Shown: positions 1 to 8,239 of the stretch, piece after piece
Position numbering within the stretch: position 1 is the stretch's first letter
How the letters are laid out: each line of letters begins with the position of its first letter
Sequence record: MT375042.1
Direction: 5' to 3' (one strand)
Length of the DNA stretch: 40,237 nt
From: Acinetobacter phage vB_AbaP_Alexa
Notes under the pieces: model-generated
Database searches by the model: none
Told to the model about the DNA's origin: nothing
What the model saw: the letters and a program-made list of their open reading frames with translations, nothing else
Program-made: the position numbers and the translations under genes

Positions 1-34
1 CCAGAATTAAGCGGATTTCTTTATTATTGGTCAT
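1..34 (-). CDS. 5' end of a leftward gene that runs off the window (only about 11 codons visible)
   Basis: The reverse-complement ATG occupies 32-34, followed by an open frame to the window edge (MTNNKEIRLIL...). This is too short to classify. Confidence 0.2.
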   Translation of the reverse strand, partial: MTNNKEIRLIL

Positions 35-102
35 GTTGCTTTCCTTCCCGTATGTTGTTACACTGCCCCTATTGATTATTATTTATTATTTTCTGTTATT
101 TT

Positions 103-1530
103 ATGGGTGTAATCTTACGCGACTACCAAGCCGCCATGATTGACGGCGCACGTTCTGCCATGCGCAACAGTCGGCGCGTGCTATTGCAGGCACCTACCGG
201 CGCAGGCAAAACGGCACTGGCATCATACATGACAGACGAGACGCAATCGCGTGACCGTTTGGTCTATTTCGTGTGCCACCGTGCGGAGCTTTTGACGCAG
301 ACTTCGGCCACGTTCCGCAAGTTCGGCATTGCACATTCGTTCATTGCCGCAGGCTTGCCATACGACTCGCGCTTAAAGGTTCAGATTTGCAGTATCGACA
401 CGCTTAAAAACCGCATGCATATCGTGCCGGAACCAAGCTTATGTATATGGGACGAATGCCACCACATTGTCGCCGCAGGCTGGGCCGCAGTGATGGACGC
501 ATGGGCGAAGGCGTTTCACATCGGACTGTCTGCAACGCCAATTAGAACGGACGGCAAAGGGCTTGACCATTTGTTCGACGACTTGGTTATGGGTCCAGCG
601 GTCGCGTGGTTGATTGAACGCGGGTACTTGTCCCCTTATCTGGCATTTATCCCGGCTGGCGGCATGGACGTCGGCGGTGTGCATACCAGAATGGGCGATT
701 TCGTCGGCAAGGAAATCGAAGCCAAAATCGACCGGCCAAAATTGGTCGGTGACATAATCCAGCACTGGCGCAAGCATGCCGGTGATTTGCTGTCTATCGC
801 CTTCGCGCCTTCGCTCGATTTTTCCATGTACATGGTGGACCAGTTCAATGCGGCAGGCATCCCGGCGGCACACTTGGACGGCAACACGGATAAAGGCGAA
901 CGCAAAAAGATCATTCAGCGATTTGCGGACGGTGAAATCCGCGTCCTTTGGAACCGGTTTTTATTCGGTGAAGGCTTGGACCTTGCAGCTATCGCACAAA
1001 AAGACGTTACGATTGATTGTGTGATTGATGCAGCGCCTACGCAATCGCTGGCACTGGCAATGCAGCGCTGGGGCCGTGCGCTTCGACCGGGTGAAGGCAA
1101 GACGGCGATATTGCTAGATCATGCCGGCAACATGCTACGCCACGGCTTCCCAGACGACGAACGCGAATGGGCGCTTGAAGGCAGCGAAAAGCAAGGGCGT
1201 GGTTCGACTGGTACAGTTCAGCCGCCGATTATCTGTGGTGATTGCTACAACGCCATTAAGCGTCCAGCACCGCCAGCATGTCCGCACTGCGGCAAGGCAT
1301 TGAAGCCAGAAGCCAAACCGTTGGAAGTTGCAGACGGTGAACTCGTGGCTGCGAATGACAACGAAAAAGCGGCAGTACGCGCAAAATTGAAACAAGAGGA
1401 ACGCGAAGCGAAAACGCTTAGCGAATTGGTCGCGTTGGCACAGAAGCGCGGATATAAAAATCCGATGCACTGGGCACAGCGTAAATTTGGCGGCAGTAAA
1501 TGGCGTCAGGAAGCAGCAAAGAAAGGGTAG
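103..1530 (+). CDS. Phage-type SF2 (DEAD/DEAH-like) DNA helicase with a C-terminal zinc ribbon
   Basis: Walker A motif LLQAPTGAGKT, motif II DECHH, and helicase C-terminal motifs (QRWGRALR). A C-terminal Cys4 ribbon reads CGDCYN...CPHCGK. Confidence 0.8.
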   Translation: MGVILRDYQAAMIDGARSAMRNSRRVLLQAPTGAGKTALASYMTDETQSRDRLVYFVCHRAELLTQTSATFRKFGIAHSFIAAGLPYDSRLKVQICSIDTLKNRMHIVPEPSLCIWDECHHIVAAGWAAVMDAWAKAFHIGLSATPIRTDGKGLDHLFDDLVMGPAVAWLIERGYLSPYLAFIPAGGMDVGGVHTRMGDFVGKEIEAKIDRPKLVGDIIQHWRKHAGDLLSIAFAPSLDFSMYMVDQFNAAGIPAAHLDGNTDKGERKKIIQRFADGEIRVLWNRFLFGEGLDLAAIAQKDVTIDCVIDAAPTQSLALAMQRWGRALRPGEGKTAILLDHAGNMLRHGFPDDEREWALEGSEKQGRGSTGTVQPPIICGDCYNAIKRPAPPACPHCGKALKPEAKPLEVADGELVAANDNEKAAVRAKLKQEEREAKTLSELVALAQKRGYKNPMHWAQRKFGGSKWRQEAAKKG

Positions 1531-1533
1531 TAT

Positions 1534-1836
1534 ATGAAATTTTACGAACATGTAATCGCAGATTTCGGCGGGTATGAAGCCGCCAAAAAACTAACGGAAA
1601 CCGAAGGCGCTGGGATGCTTCATAATATTGAAGCTTTGAAAGCACACCTTTTGAACTACCGCCGCGCCAATAATATTTTTGATTTTACCGATAAGGTCGT
1701 TTTTACAGACCCAAGATCGGCGGATGTAATTTGCGCAGTACATGAGCCAATTTATTTAACTGAAATGGCTAAGATTGGTTCTGCCGGGGTTCGCCACGCC
1801 ACAGACGAAGAAATTGCAGCAGGGAAACGACTATAA
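1534..1836 (+). CDS. Hypothetical protein
   Basis: A 100-aa ORF with an ATG start, tightly packed after the helicase gene. No motif was recognised. Confidence 0.45.
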   Translation: MKFYEHVIADFGGYEAAKKLTETEGAGMLHNIEALKAHLLNYRRANNIFDFTDKVVFTDPRSADVICAVHEPIYLTEMAKIGSAGVRHATDEEIAAGKRL

Positions 1837-1918
1837 TGGGCAAAGAAATCGACAAATTTCTAATGTTTTGTTTTATGATGATTGGTGCAGCATTATTTTA
1901 TTACTTGGAGCGCATAGC

Positions 1919-2338
1919 ATGACCGCAAAACAACTTGAACATGATATTCAAAACACAATCCGCAACGCTTTAGCTGGTCAGTGCCACTTGTTCCGGGCGA
2001 ACGTGGGTCAAGGCTGGACCGGTGACATTACAAAGCTACCAGACGGAAGCCTTTTAATTAAAAACCCGCGTCCGTTCAATACTGGCTTGCCTTCGGGGTT
2101 TTCCGATACGTTCGGCTGGGTCCCGGTGACGATTACGCAAGACATGGTAGGCCAGACGTTTGCGCGCTTCATTGCTGGGGAAGTGAAAACGGCCAAGGGT
2201 AAAGTTCGGCCAGATCAAGAAAAGTTCTTAAATGCGGTCAATCGTAATGGTGGCGTCGGTGATGTGTGGCGCAGTGCAGACGATGCAAACCGAAGTTTAG
2301 CGAAGGCACATGGAATTAATTTAAGTGATAATACTTGA
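1919..2338 (+). CDS. VRR-NUC domain nuclease (PD-(D/E)XK fold)
   Basis: GFSDTFGW...FIAGEVK gives the D...E.K catalytic pattern of VRR-NUC. There is an in-frame ATG at 1919 with GGAG 11 nt upstream. The longer 1775 start would overlap the previous gene. Confidence 0.6.
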   Translation: MTAKQLEHDIQNTIRNALAGQCHLFRANVGQGWTGDITKLPDGSLLIKNPRPFNTGLPSGFSDTFGWVPVTITQDMVGQTFARFIAGEVKTAKGKVRPDQEKFLNAVNRNGGVGDVWRSADDANRSLAKAHGINLSDNT

Positions 2339-2341
2339 CAG

Positions 2342-2359
2342 AATGTAAATATTTACATT
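2342..2359. promoter_or_regulatory. Perfect 18-bp palindrome AATGTAAATATTTACATT (TGT-N8-ACA), candidate operator
   Basis: It reads identically on both strands and sits in the intergenic gap after the nuclease gene. Confidence 0.4.
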
Positions 2360-2364
2360 ACGAT

Positions 2365-2395
2365 ATACCTATCCATTACGATAGGTATTTTTATT
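2365..2395 (+). terminator. Hairpin ATACCTATC/GATAGGTAT followed by TTTTTATT (intrinsic-terminator-like)
   Basis: A 9-bp perfect stem, a 6-nt loop and a T-run, located between the nuclease gene and the next small ORF. Confidence 0.4.
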
Positions 2396-2569
2396 ATGAA
2401 GCGTAAACAATTTAAGCGCAACGTTCAGGCACAACGCCAACGTCGTTCGGTTACTTACATGAACGACCGTAAATACAAGTTCATTGAAAATTTGAAACAT
2501 GCAGGCGTCGGCGGATTGGTCGGCGCGTTCTTGGTTGCTGTCATGTTTAAGGGTTTAGGCGTCTGGTGA
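2396..2569 (+). CDS. Small 57-aa protein with a basic N-terminus and a hydrophobic C-terminal helix (below the ORF-track cutoff)
   Basis: ATG at 2396 and TGA at 2567-2569. The sequence reads MKRKQFKRN...GVGGLVGAFLVAVMFKGLGVW. Confidence 0.3.
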   Translation: MKRKQFKRNVQAQRQRRSVTYMNDRKYKFIENLKHAGVGGLVGAFLVAVMFKGLGVW

Positions 2570-2602
2570 TCAGACGTTAAATCAAATTATTTTAAGAATC
2601 GG

Positions 2603-3022
2603 GTGAATGTGATGCATGAACGTACCAAACAGTTACGTGAACTAAGGGACAAGTACGACCTAACCGGCTTGATGATTTCTAAAATTTTAGGCGTAAGCCA
2701 TAACACTGCAATGACTTGGCTAATGCCTGAAACGCGACGGGTTATTCCAGAAGGTGAACTCAAGATTTTAAAGCGCCAATTAACAAAACGACGAATTATT
2801 TTGCCAGAATGTGAAATTGATATTCACGACAATACGCTTGAACTTCGCAAACTTCGGGACAAACACAAGCTAACCGCTGCGCGAATTGCTGAACTAACGG
2901 AGCGAAGCAAAACAACGGCGCTTATCTGGTTGACGCTTCGGTCGCCAAGACCAATCCCAGACGGACGGCTTAAACTTCTAAAGGAAAAACTAAGTGAGAA
3001 CGAACACGGCAACGTTAATTGA
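2603..3022 (+). CDS. Protein made of two tandem ~65-aa HTH-like repeats (putative DNA-binding regulator)
   Basis: The internal repeat is LRELRDKYDLT...WL...IPEGELKILKRQL versus LRKLRDKHKLT...WL...IPDGRLKLLKEKL. The duplication is also visible at nucleotide level. Confidence 0.55.
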   Translation: MNVMHERTKQLRELRDKYDLTGLMISKILGVSHNTAMTWLMPETRRVIPEGELKILKRQLTKRRIILPECEIDIHDNTLELRKLRDKHKLTAARIAELTERSKTTALIWLTLRSPRPIPDGRLKLLKEKLSENEHGNVN

Positions 3023-3212
3023 TGGCCGTGTCGTATCTACATGGTCCGAAGAATGGCGCATCGAATGTCTTGCGCGTTCAATTGCTAGAAAGCCGCATTT
3101 ACATTTGCGCCGGCAAGCAATGATACACTGGCAAAAGAAAATGCCAGAGGAAGCTTTTAAGTCGTTTAAACGATTAGTAGCGGATATTTATAACGCAGAT
3201 CGAAATAGATAG
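2994..3212 (+). CDS. Hypothetical small protein
   Basis: A 72-aa ORF overlapping the end of the previous gene. There is no clear RBS. Confidence 0.25.
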   Translation: MRTNTATLIDGRVVSTWSEEWRIECLARSIARKPHLHLRRQAMIHWQKKMPEEAFKSFKRLVADIYNADRNR

Positions 3213-3224
3213 TATTGAAATTCG

Positions 3225-3262
3225 TTGCCTTGTTATTTTATTATAGCAAGGCAATATTATTT
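3225..3262 (+). terminator. Hairpin TTGCCTTG/CAAGGCAA followed by a T-rich tract
   Basis: An 8-bp perfect inverted repeat with an AT-rich loop and a TATTATTTGT tail, in an intergenic gap. Confidence 0.35.
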
Positions 3263-3290
3263 GTAGTCTGTTAGTTAGTGAGTAAAATTT

Positions 3291-3494
3291 ATGGTAAACC
3301 CGCCAATTGATAATAATACCCTTCGTGAACAGTGCCCAGATACATACGAATGGACACAATCTTATTTACATACCCATAAAGCGGTTCAAGATGCAAAGCA
3401 AATCTTGCTAAATAATCGCGTCCAAAACTTCCAAGCGGCTGACGTCGTTGCGCTTGCCAAAATCATTCTTGATTTGGAGCGCGAAGTTAAATGA
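3291..3494 (+). CDS. Hypothetical small protein
   Basis: A 67-aa ORF whose stop overlaps the primase start (ATGA), which suggests translational coupling. Confidence 0.4.
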   Translation: MVNPPIDNNTLREQCPDTYEWTQSYLHTHKAVQDAKQILLNNRVQNFQAADVVALAKIILDLEREVK

Positions 3495-5749
3495 AATTCC
3501 ACTTAACACTCGATACGGTTGCCCAAGCTTTATCTTATCTGGACTATAACGACCGCAAAGAATGGTACGAAATGGCGTTTGCTATTCGTTCCGAGTTCGG
3601 AAAGGAAGGCTATTCGGTTTGGGAAGAATGGGGCAGACAGTACGCCAAGTACGATAAAAAAGAAGCCGAAAACCAATGGCGTTCCGCTAAACCACACGGC
3701 GGGATTAACATTGGCACGCTTATCTACCGTGCGAAGCAAGCCGGCTTTGCATTCAACGATGACGATTGCGTCCAGATTTCACCCGAAGAAATTGCAGCAC
3801 GAAAGGCTAAACGCGAAGCAGACGAACGCCAGTACGCAGCGGAGCAAAAACAGATACGTGGCGAAGTCGCACGCCTTGCAAATCTTGCATGGGAAGCGTC
3901 ACTACCGGCGTATGAACACCCGTACACCACGCGCAAAGGCGTCAAAATTTACGGCGCGCGCATTGGTAATTTTCCAGTCTACAAAGCACCAGAACCCGGA
4001 AAGACGATTGAACCGTTCAAACAGATTCCGGCCCTACTGGTGCCTATCCACGCCAAAAGCGGGAAAATTGTATCGCTGCAAGCCTATTTCTTCGAAGATC
4101 AGCCGTTCTATGGCGACCGCGCCTATATGAAGGACGGACAGAAGCAAGGCGGCTATTGCTTAATCGGTTCACCGCGCGACAAAATGGCGATTGTCGAAGG
4201 CTATGCGACTGGGTGTTCAGTCCATGAAGCGACCGGCTGGACTGTCATTGTCGCATTCGACAAGGGCAATCTAAAGAAGGTTGCGGAGATAACACGCAAA
4301 AACTTCCCGCAGGCTGAAATTATCATCGCCGGGGATAACGACGTTTCAGGCGATGGTAACAAAGCCGCAGCCGAAGCCGGACAGGCCATTAATGGTCGTG
4401 TCATCCTTCCGCCTACGGCTGGCATGGACTGGAACGACGTACACCAGCGCGACGGCTTGGAAGCGGTACAGTCGGCACTTATGGCGCATTTGTTGCCAAA
4501 GCCGGCCAATGACAACGCACCGGTCGAATTTGACCACTACACGCCATTTATCGACATTACAGCGCAGGGCAAGCCAAAGGCGACCATTGACAACGTGAAA
4601 GAACTTTTGCGCCGAATGGGTGCGGTCGTCCGTTACAATGTCATCAAGAAAGACGTCGAAATCCTTATACCGGGGCACAGCGCAAGCCGTGACAATCGCC
4701 TTGTGTCGTGCATTACGCACATCATTTCAAAGTGCAATCTGGTAGGCATTCCGACCGGTGGCATTGAAGGATTTTTGACAACCATTGCCGACGAAAACCA
4801 GTACAACCCGGTTTTGACGTGGGTTCATTCACGACCTTGGGACGGTGTCAAGCGCTGGGATGAATTTTGTAAGACCGTTACCCCAAAACAGGAAAAGCTA
4901 TTACCGGACGGCACGCCTTTACACGTGGCGCTAATCAAACGCTGGATGCTTTCGGCTATTGCCGCAGCGAACCGCGACGGGACCGCGTTGCAAGGTATGT
5001 TGGTTCTTCAAGGTGAACAGGGTTTAGGTAAAACAAGCTGGCTTAAATCGCTGGTGCCGAACGACCTAGACATTGTCCGTGACGGCTTAATTTTGAAGCT
5101 GGACGACAAGGACAGCATTAAGCGGGTAATTTCGTTCTGGCTGGTCGAACTTGGCGAAATCGACGCCACGTTCAGGAAGTCAGACCAATCTGCGCTAAAA
5201 GCCTTTCTTACCAAGGACAGCGACGGCATACGCCTACCCTATGCGCGCGGTGAATCTGAGTTCGGCAGACGGACGGCGTTTTTTGGTTCCGTAAACCCTA
5301 AATCGTTCTTGCACGATGAAACCGGGTCGCGCCGATACTGGACGATTGAATGCGAACACGTCGACTACGAACACGCGTTCGACATGCAACAGGTATGGGC
5401 GGAAATCCAAGCGGCATACGATGGCGGCATGCACTGGCACTTGTCACCAGCGGAAGCGGACGCGCTGAACGATAGCAATAACGAACATATGGCCGTCGAC
5501 CCTATCGAAGAACGTATTTTATCGCGTCTGGATTGGTCGGCACCGTTCACCGAATGGCGATGGATTCAGGCCACGGAACTGTTAATCGAAATCGGTATCG
5601 ACAGACCTACCCGCGCCGATTCAACGAATGCCGGTTCCGTGGTGCGGAAGCATAACGAAGGCAAGAGCAAGCGGAGCAACGGGAAAACGTTGCTTCTGGT
5701 TCCGCCTAAATTATCTCCGATGGGCAATGACTACGACAGGCCGTTCTAA
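3491..5749 (+). CDS. DNA primase with PriCT-2 N-terminal domain, TOPRIM domain and VirE-like C-terminal NTPase region
   Basis: The N-terminus (WEEWGRQYAKYD...GTLIYRAKQAG) resembles PriCT-2. The TOPRIM region reads AIVEGYATG...IIIAGDNDVSGDGNKAA. A Walker A motif GEQGLGKTS lies in a VirE/D5-like region. Confidence 0.8.
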   Translation: MKFHLTLDTVAQALSYLDYNDRKEWYEMAFAIRSEFGKEGYSVWEEWGRQYAKYDKKEAENQWRSAKPHGGINIGTLIYRAKQAGFAFNDDDCVQISPEEIAARKAKREADERQYAAEQKQIRGEVARLANLAWEASLPAYEHPYTTRKGVKIYGARIGNFPVYKAPEPGKTIEPFKQIPALLVPIHAKSGKIVSLQAYFFEDQPFYGDRAYMKDGQKQGGYCLIGSPRDKMAIVEGYATGCSVHEATGWTVIVAFDKGNLKKVAEITRKNFPQAEIIIAGDNDVSGDGNKAAAEAGQAINGRVILPPTAGMDWNDVHQRDGLEAVQSALMAHLLPKPANDNAPVEFDHYTPFIDITAQGKPKATIDNVKELLRRMGAVVRYNVIKKDVEILIPGHSASRDNRLVSCITHIISKCNLVGIPTGGIEGFLTTIADENQYNPVLTWVHSRPWDGVKRWDEFCKTVTPKQEKLLPDGTPLHVALIKRWMLSAIAAANRDGTALQGMLVLQGEQGLGKTSWLKSLVPNDLDIVRDGLILKLDDKDSIKRVISFWLVELGEIDATFRKSDQSALKAFLTKDSDGIRLPYARGESEFGRRTAFFGSVNPKSFLHDETGSRRYWTIECEHVDYEHAFDMQQVWAEIQAAYDGGMHWHLSPAEADALNDSNNEHMAVDPIEERILSRLDWSAPFTEWRWIQATELLIEIGIDRPTRADSTNAGSVVRKHNEGKSKRSNGKTLLLVPPKLSPMGNDYDRPF

Positions 5750-5759
5750 TGGTGACGAT

Positions 5760-6062
5760 ATGGACAAAGAGCAGATTGTGCGCACCACGTGCCGCGACCA
5801 CGGCTTGACGTGCAGGCGTCACCCTACCAAGGGGCGGCTATGCCAAGTCGTCGACCGTGACACAAAAACGGTCGTCATTGACGCCATAACGCTGGCAGCA
5901 TTGCACCGGGTTTGTATGGCCGGCTTTATCGACTGTTACGATAAGAAAACGCGGACGTTCGACCGTGGCAAATTGAAGAATTACGAACTGTTTTGGCCCG
6001 CTTCGGCGGGTTTAATTTTGCCTATGTCAGTGCAACCAGTGCAACCGCAGTGCATCCGATAA
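5760..6062 (+). CDS. Hypothetical protein; its last codons overlap the first origin iterons
   Basis: An in-frame ATG at 5760 within ORF 5628-6062. The C-terminus ...SVQPVQPQCIR is encoded by the iteron DNA. Confidence 0.35.
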   Translation: MDKEQIVRTTCRDHGLTCRRHPTKGRLCQVVDRDTKTVVIDAITLAALHRVCMAGFIDCYDKKTRTFDRGKLKNYELFWPASAGLILPMSVQPVQPQCIR

Positions 6063-6276
6063 GCTGACTTAATGCACTACACGAAACTGTTTATACATAA
6101 GGCGTGCAGCCTATTAGTGCAACCTAGTGCAACCTATTTATATAAAGTAAATAATATATAGACAGCATATATACATATAGCACGTAGCCTATATAGGAAG
6201 TCGATGCACTTAACGCACTAGGTTGCACTATCCCATATAAATCAACAACTTAACCAGTGCAACCGCAGTGCATCCG
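6029..6276. repeat. Candidate replication origin: AGTGCAACC iterons flanking an AT-rich block
   Basis: AGTGCAACC occurs as direct 9-mers at 6029-6037, 6038-6046, 6116-6124, 6125-6133 and 6256-6264. One inverted copy lies at 6220-6228. The 21-mer AGTGCAACCGCAGTGCATCCG occurs at 6038-6058 and again at 6256-6276. An AT-rich stretch spans 6134-6180. The block sits directly downstream of the primase. Confidence 0.6.
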
Positions 6277-6291
6277 CATGCACTAATTCAC

Positions 6292-6319
6292 TTGTTTCGA
6301 CCGCATTGTGTGCTACAAT
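6292..6319 (+). promoter_or_regulatory. Sigma70-like promoter TTGTTT-N16-TACAAT
   Basis: -35 at 6292-6297 and -10 at 6314-6319, upstream of the Mor-like gene. Confidence 0.45.
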
Positions 6320-6351
6320 TGCTGCATTATTACTATTTGTTATTTTCCGTT

Positions 6352-6774
6352 ATGGTTCGACTTCCTAAGAGTGTTCAGGAAATTGCCGACGTTATTGGGC
6401 GTGAAGATGCATTATACTTAATCGGTCAATTGCCTAGATGCCCGACGCCTTCACGTCGCGGCAGTGAGGTTTTGCTCTACGTGCCGACCCTAAACCGTCT
6501 GACGCCAGATCACCGGCTAGTGAAGATTTTGGGTTATCCGCTGGCAAGAAAGCTGTCTGCTAATTGTGCAGGATTATGGAAGCCGGCGAACTGTAACGGG
6601 ATAGTTCGCAGTTTTAGAAACAAATCAATGGCCGAATTTTGGGAAAGCGGTCACACAATACAAGATATTGCAGCGATTTTTGAAACAACGCCAAAATATA
6701 CTAAGAAAATATTGCAAGATATGGGTTACAATACTGACCATAATACAAGACAGGTTTTACAAAATGCAGATTGA
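6352..6774 (+). CDS. Mor/C-family-like late transcription activator (functional analogue of lambda Q by position)
   Basis: The C-terminal FWESGHTIQDIAAIFETTPKYTKKIL resembles the Mor HTH (RIWNDFNGRNVSELTTRYGVTFNTVYKAI). GSEVLLYVP resembles GGQVYIPRG. The start is ambiguous: GTG at 6268, or ATG at 6352 with no SD. Confidence 0.45.
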   Translation: MVRLPKSVQEIADVIGREDALYLIGQLPRCPTPSRRGSEVLLYVPTLNRLTPDHRLVKILGYPLARKLSANCAGLWKPANCNGIVRSFRNKSMAEFWESGHTIQDIAAIFETTPKYTKKILQDMGYNTDHNTRQVLQNAD

Positions 6775-7150
6775 CGACTTGTGGCCCGCCGCTGTTAAAC
6801 TGTACGAAAGCGTAAAGTATTTTATTGCTGGTGCAATAGGAGCTAGTATTGTGGCTTATTATCTTCGAGATAAGTTAAATACGAAAACTGAATTTGTTAT
6901 ATTCGTTCTATCGGGTGCATTCATTGCGCATTACCTAACGCAATTGACTGTTTTTGTCATCGGTCGTTTTGGCTGGGCACTTGAGACGTCGAATATTGGT
7001 TCTATCGGTTTTCTACTTGGTGCGTTCGGTGGATTGATCTTTCAACAAATCGTTAGTTACATCGTATCGGGCGCTTGGAAAGAAATTTCATTCCGTAAAT
7101 ACATTATCGAAGCGATTAAAGACGCTTGGAATAGTAAGGGTAAAAAGTAA
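6764..7150 (+). CDS. Holin-like membrane protein (3 predicted TM helices)
   Basis: Hydrophobic segments FIAGAIGASIVAYYL, FVIFVLSGAFIAHYL and IGFLLGAFGGLIF, with a charged C-terminus. It lies immediately upstream of the endolysin, and the stop overlaps the lysozyme start. Confidence 0.6.
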   Translation: MQIDDLWPAAVKLYESVKYFIAGAIGASIVAYYLRDKLNTKTEFVIFVLSGAFIAHYLTQLTVFVIGRFGWALETSNIGSIGFLLGAFGGLIFQQIVSYIVSGAWKEISFRKYIIEAIKDAWNSKGKK

Positions 7151-7590
7151 TGCGCGAAAATATTATCCGTTCATTGCGTGGCGAGGAAGGCGAAGTCCTA
7201 CACGAATATAAAGATCATTTGGGCTATTCGACGATTGGTATTGGCCGATTGATTGATAAGCGCAAAGGCGGCGGCATCACATCGGATGAAGCGGCTTATT
7301 TGCTTGGCAATGACGTCGACAAGGTTATCGACCAGCTTAATAAGCGCCTTCCTTGGTGGAGTAAGCTAGACGAAGCACGACGCGGCGTTCTGGTGAATAT
7401 GGCGTTTCAAATGGGCATTGACGGCTTGCTAGGGTTCAAGAACACCTTAGCGATGATTCAGGCCGGCAATTATGAATCCGCAGCACGTGGGATGCTTCAA
7501 TCTAAATGGGCGCAGCAAACGCCTAGCCGTGCAAAGCGAATGGCTGAACAAATGCGTTCCGGCCAATGGCAATATAAGCCGGGGTTCTAA
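7150..7590 (+). CDS. Endolysin, GH24 (T4/lambda-type) lysozyme
   Basis: The N-terminal catalytic E...D...T pattern is visible in EGEVLHEYKDHLGYSTIGIG, followed by the GH24 core. Confidence 0.85.
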   Translation: MRENIIRSLRGEEGEVLHEYKDHLGYSTIGIGRLIDKRKGGGITSDEAAYLLGNDVDKVIDQLNKRLPWWSKLDEARRGVLVNMAFQMGIDGLLGFKNTLAMIQAGNYESAARGMLQSKWAQQTPSRAKRMAEQMRSGQWQYKPGF

Positions 7591-8081
7591 TGAATTACGT
7601 CAAGATGATTGGTTATGCATTTGCCCTAGCGTTAATCGCTGGGGTTCTGCATTTCACGTACACGGCTGGTTATGACAAATCGGAACGTGTTTGGCTGGAT
7701 AAGTACACGACCGAACTTGGCAAGCTGAATGACCAGCTTATCGCATCACAGCGAAAAGAACGTGCAGCCGTGGAAAAGCAAGAACAGATCGAAGCCGATT
7801 TATTGGCTAAACAGAAGGAGCAGGCAGCGAATGCGAACGCTATTATTAACGACCTTCGCGCTGGTAATGTCCGGTTGCGCGACCAGTTCAAAATTAAGCA
7901 GTGCGCAAGTGTGTCCGGTACTACCGGCAGCGCCGGCGGCAGTGATGCAGCCAGTACAGGCGGACTTTCAGAAGCGGATGTCCGATTTCTTGTTTCAGAA
8001 GCCAGCAGAGCCGACCAGCTTGCAGAGCAATTAATAGCAGCACAACAGGTCATCACGAATGACCGTGTTGTGTGTCAGTGA
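7590..8081 (+). CDS. i-spanin (Rz-like)
   Basis: An N-terminal TM helix IGYAFALALIAGVLHF followed by a long coiled-coil periplasmic domain. It sits right after the endolysin. Confidence 0.75.
   Translation: MNYVKMIGYAFALALIAGVLHFTYTAGYDKSERVWLDKYTTELGKLNDQLIASQRKERAAVEKQEQIEADLLAKQKEQAANANAIINDLRAGNVRLRDQFKIKQCASVSGTTGSAGGSDAASTGGLSEADVRFLVSEASRADQLAEQLIAAQQVITNDRVVCQ
7831..8034 (+). CDS. o-spanin (Rz1-like lipoprotein) embedded in the +1 frame of the i-spanin gene
   Basis: MRTLLLTTFALVMSGCATSS is a lipoprotein signal with a lipobox Cys. It is followed by a proline-rich periplasmic segment and lies wholly inside the Rz-like gene. Confidence 0.7.
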   Translation: MRTLLLTTFALVMSGCATSSKLSSAQVCPVLPAAPAAVMQPVQADFQKRMSDFLFQKPAEPTSLQSN

Positions 8082-8227
8082 TTCATAACTTTTAGGAATA
8101 GGTTAGACATGGTTAGAGCAGCGGAAGGATGTGACTTTGCGGTAGCAGATGGCTACGGCATCGGTGACGTTCAATATAAGTATATGATTTCGTTGAATAA
8201 AATTAATGTTCTTCAAGGTACTTCCGA

Positions 8228-8239
8228 GGGCGGCACCCT
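8228..8239. other. Candidate cosN (cohesive-end site) GGGCGGCACCCT
   Basis: It matches lambda cosN GGGCGGCGACCT at 10 of 12 positions. The flank CGCGGCTTTCGCG resembles lambda CGCGGGTTTTCGC. It sits between Rz/Rz1 and the Nu1-like TerS, exactly as in lambda. Confidence 0.55.

Noticed and set aside
1775-2338. A long 187-aa form of the VRR-NUC ORF
   Set aside because: The upstream part overlaps the previous gene and lacks an RBS. ATG 1919 has a GGAG and gives a typical VRR-NUC length.
3519-4130. A 203-aa alternative-frame ORF inside the primase, plus antisense ORFs at 4201-4720, 13178-13633, 14408-14953, 24279-24641, 27222-27803 and others
   Set aside because: All are embedded in, or antisense to, strongly supported genes, and their products are of low complexity or Arg-rich. 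They are typical frame shadows.
6029-6276. A possible CRISPR array, suggested by the repeated AGTGCAACC units
   Set aside because: The repeats are only 9 nt, irregularly spaced and partly inverted, with an AT-rich centre. There are no spacers of uniform length. This fits iterons, not CRISPR.
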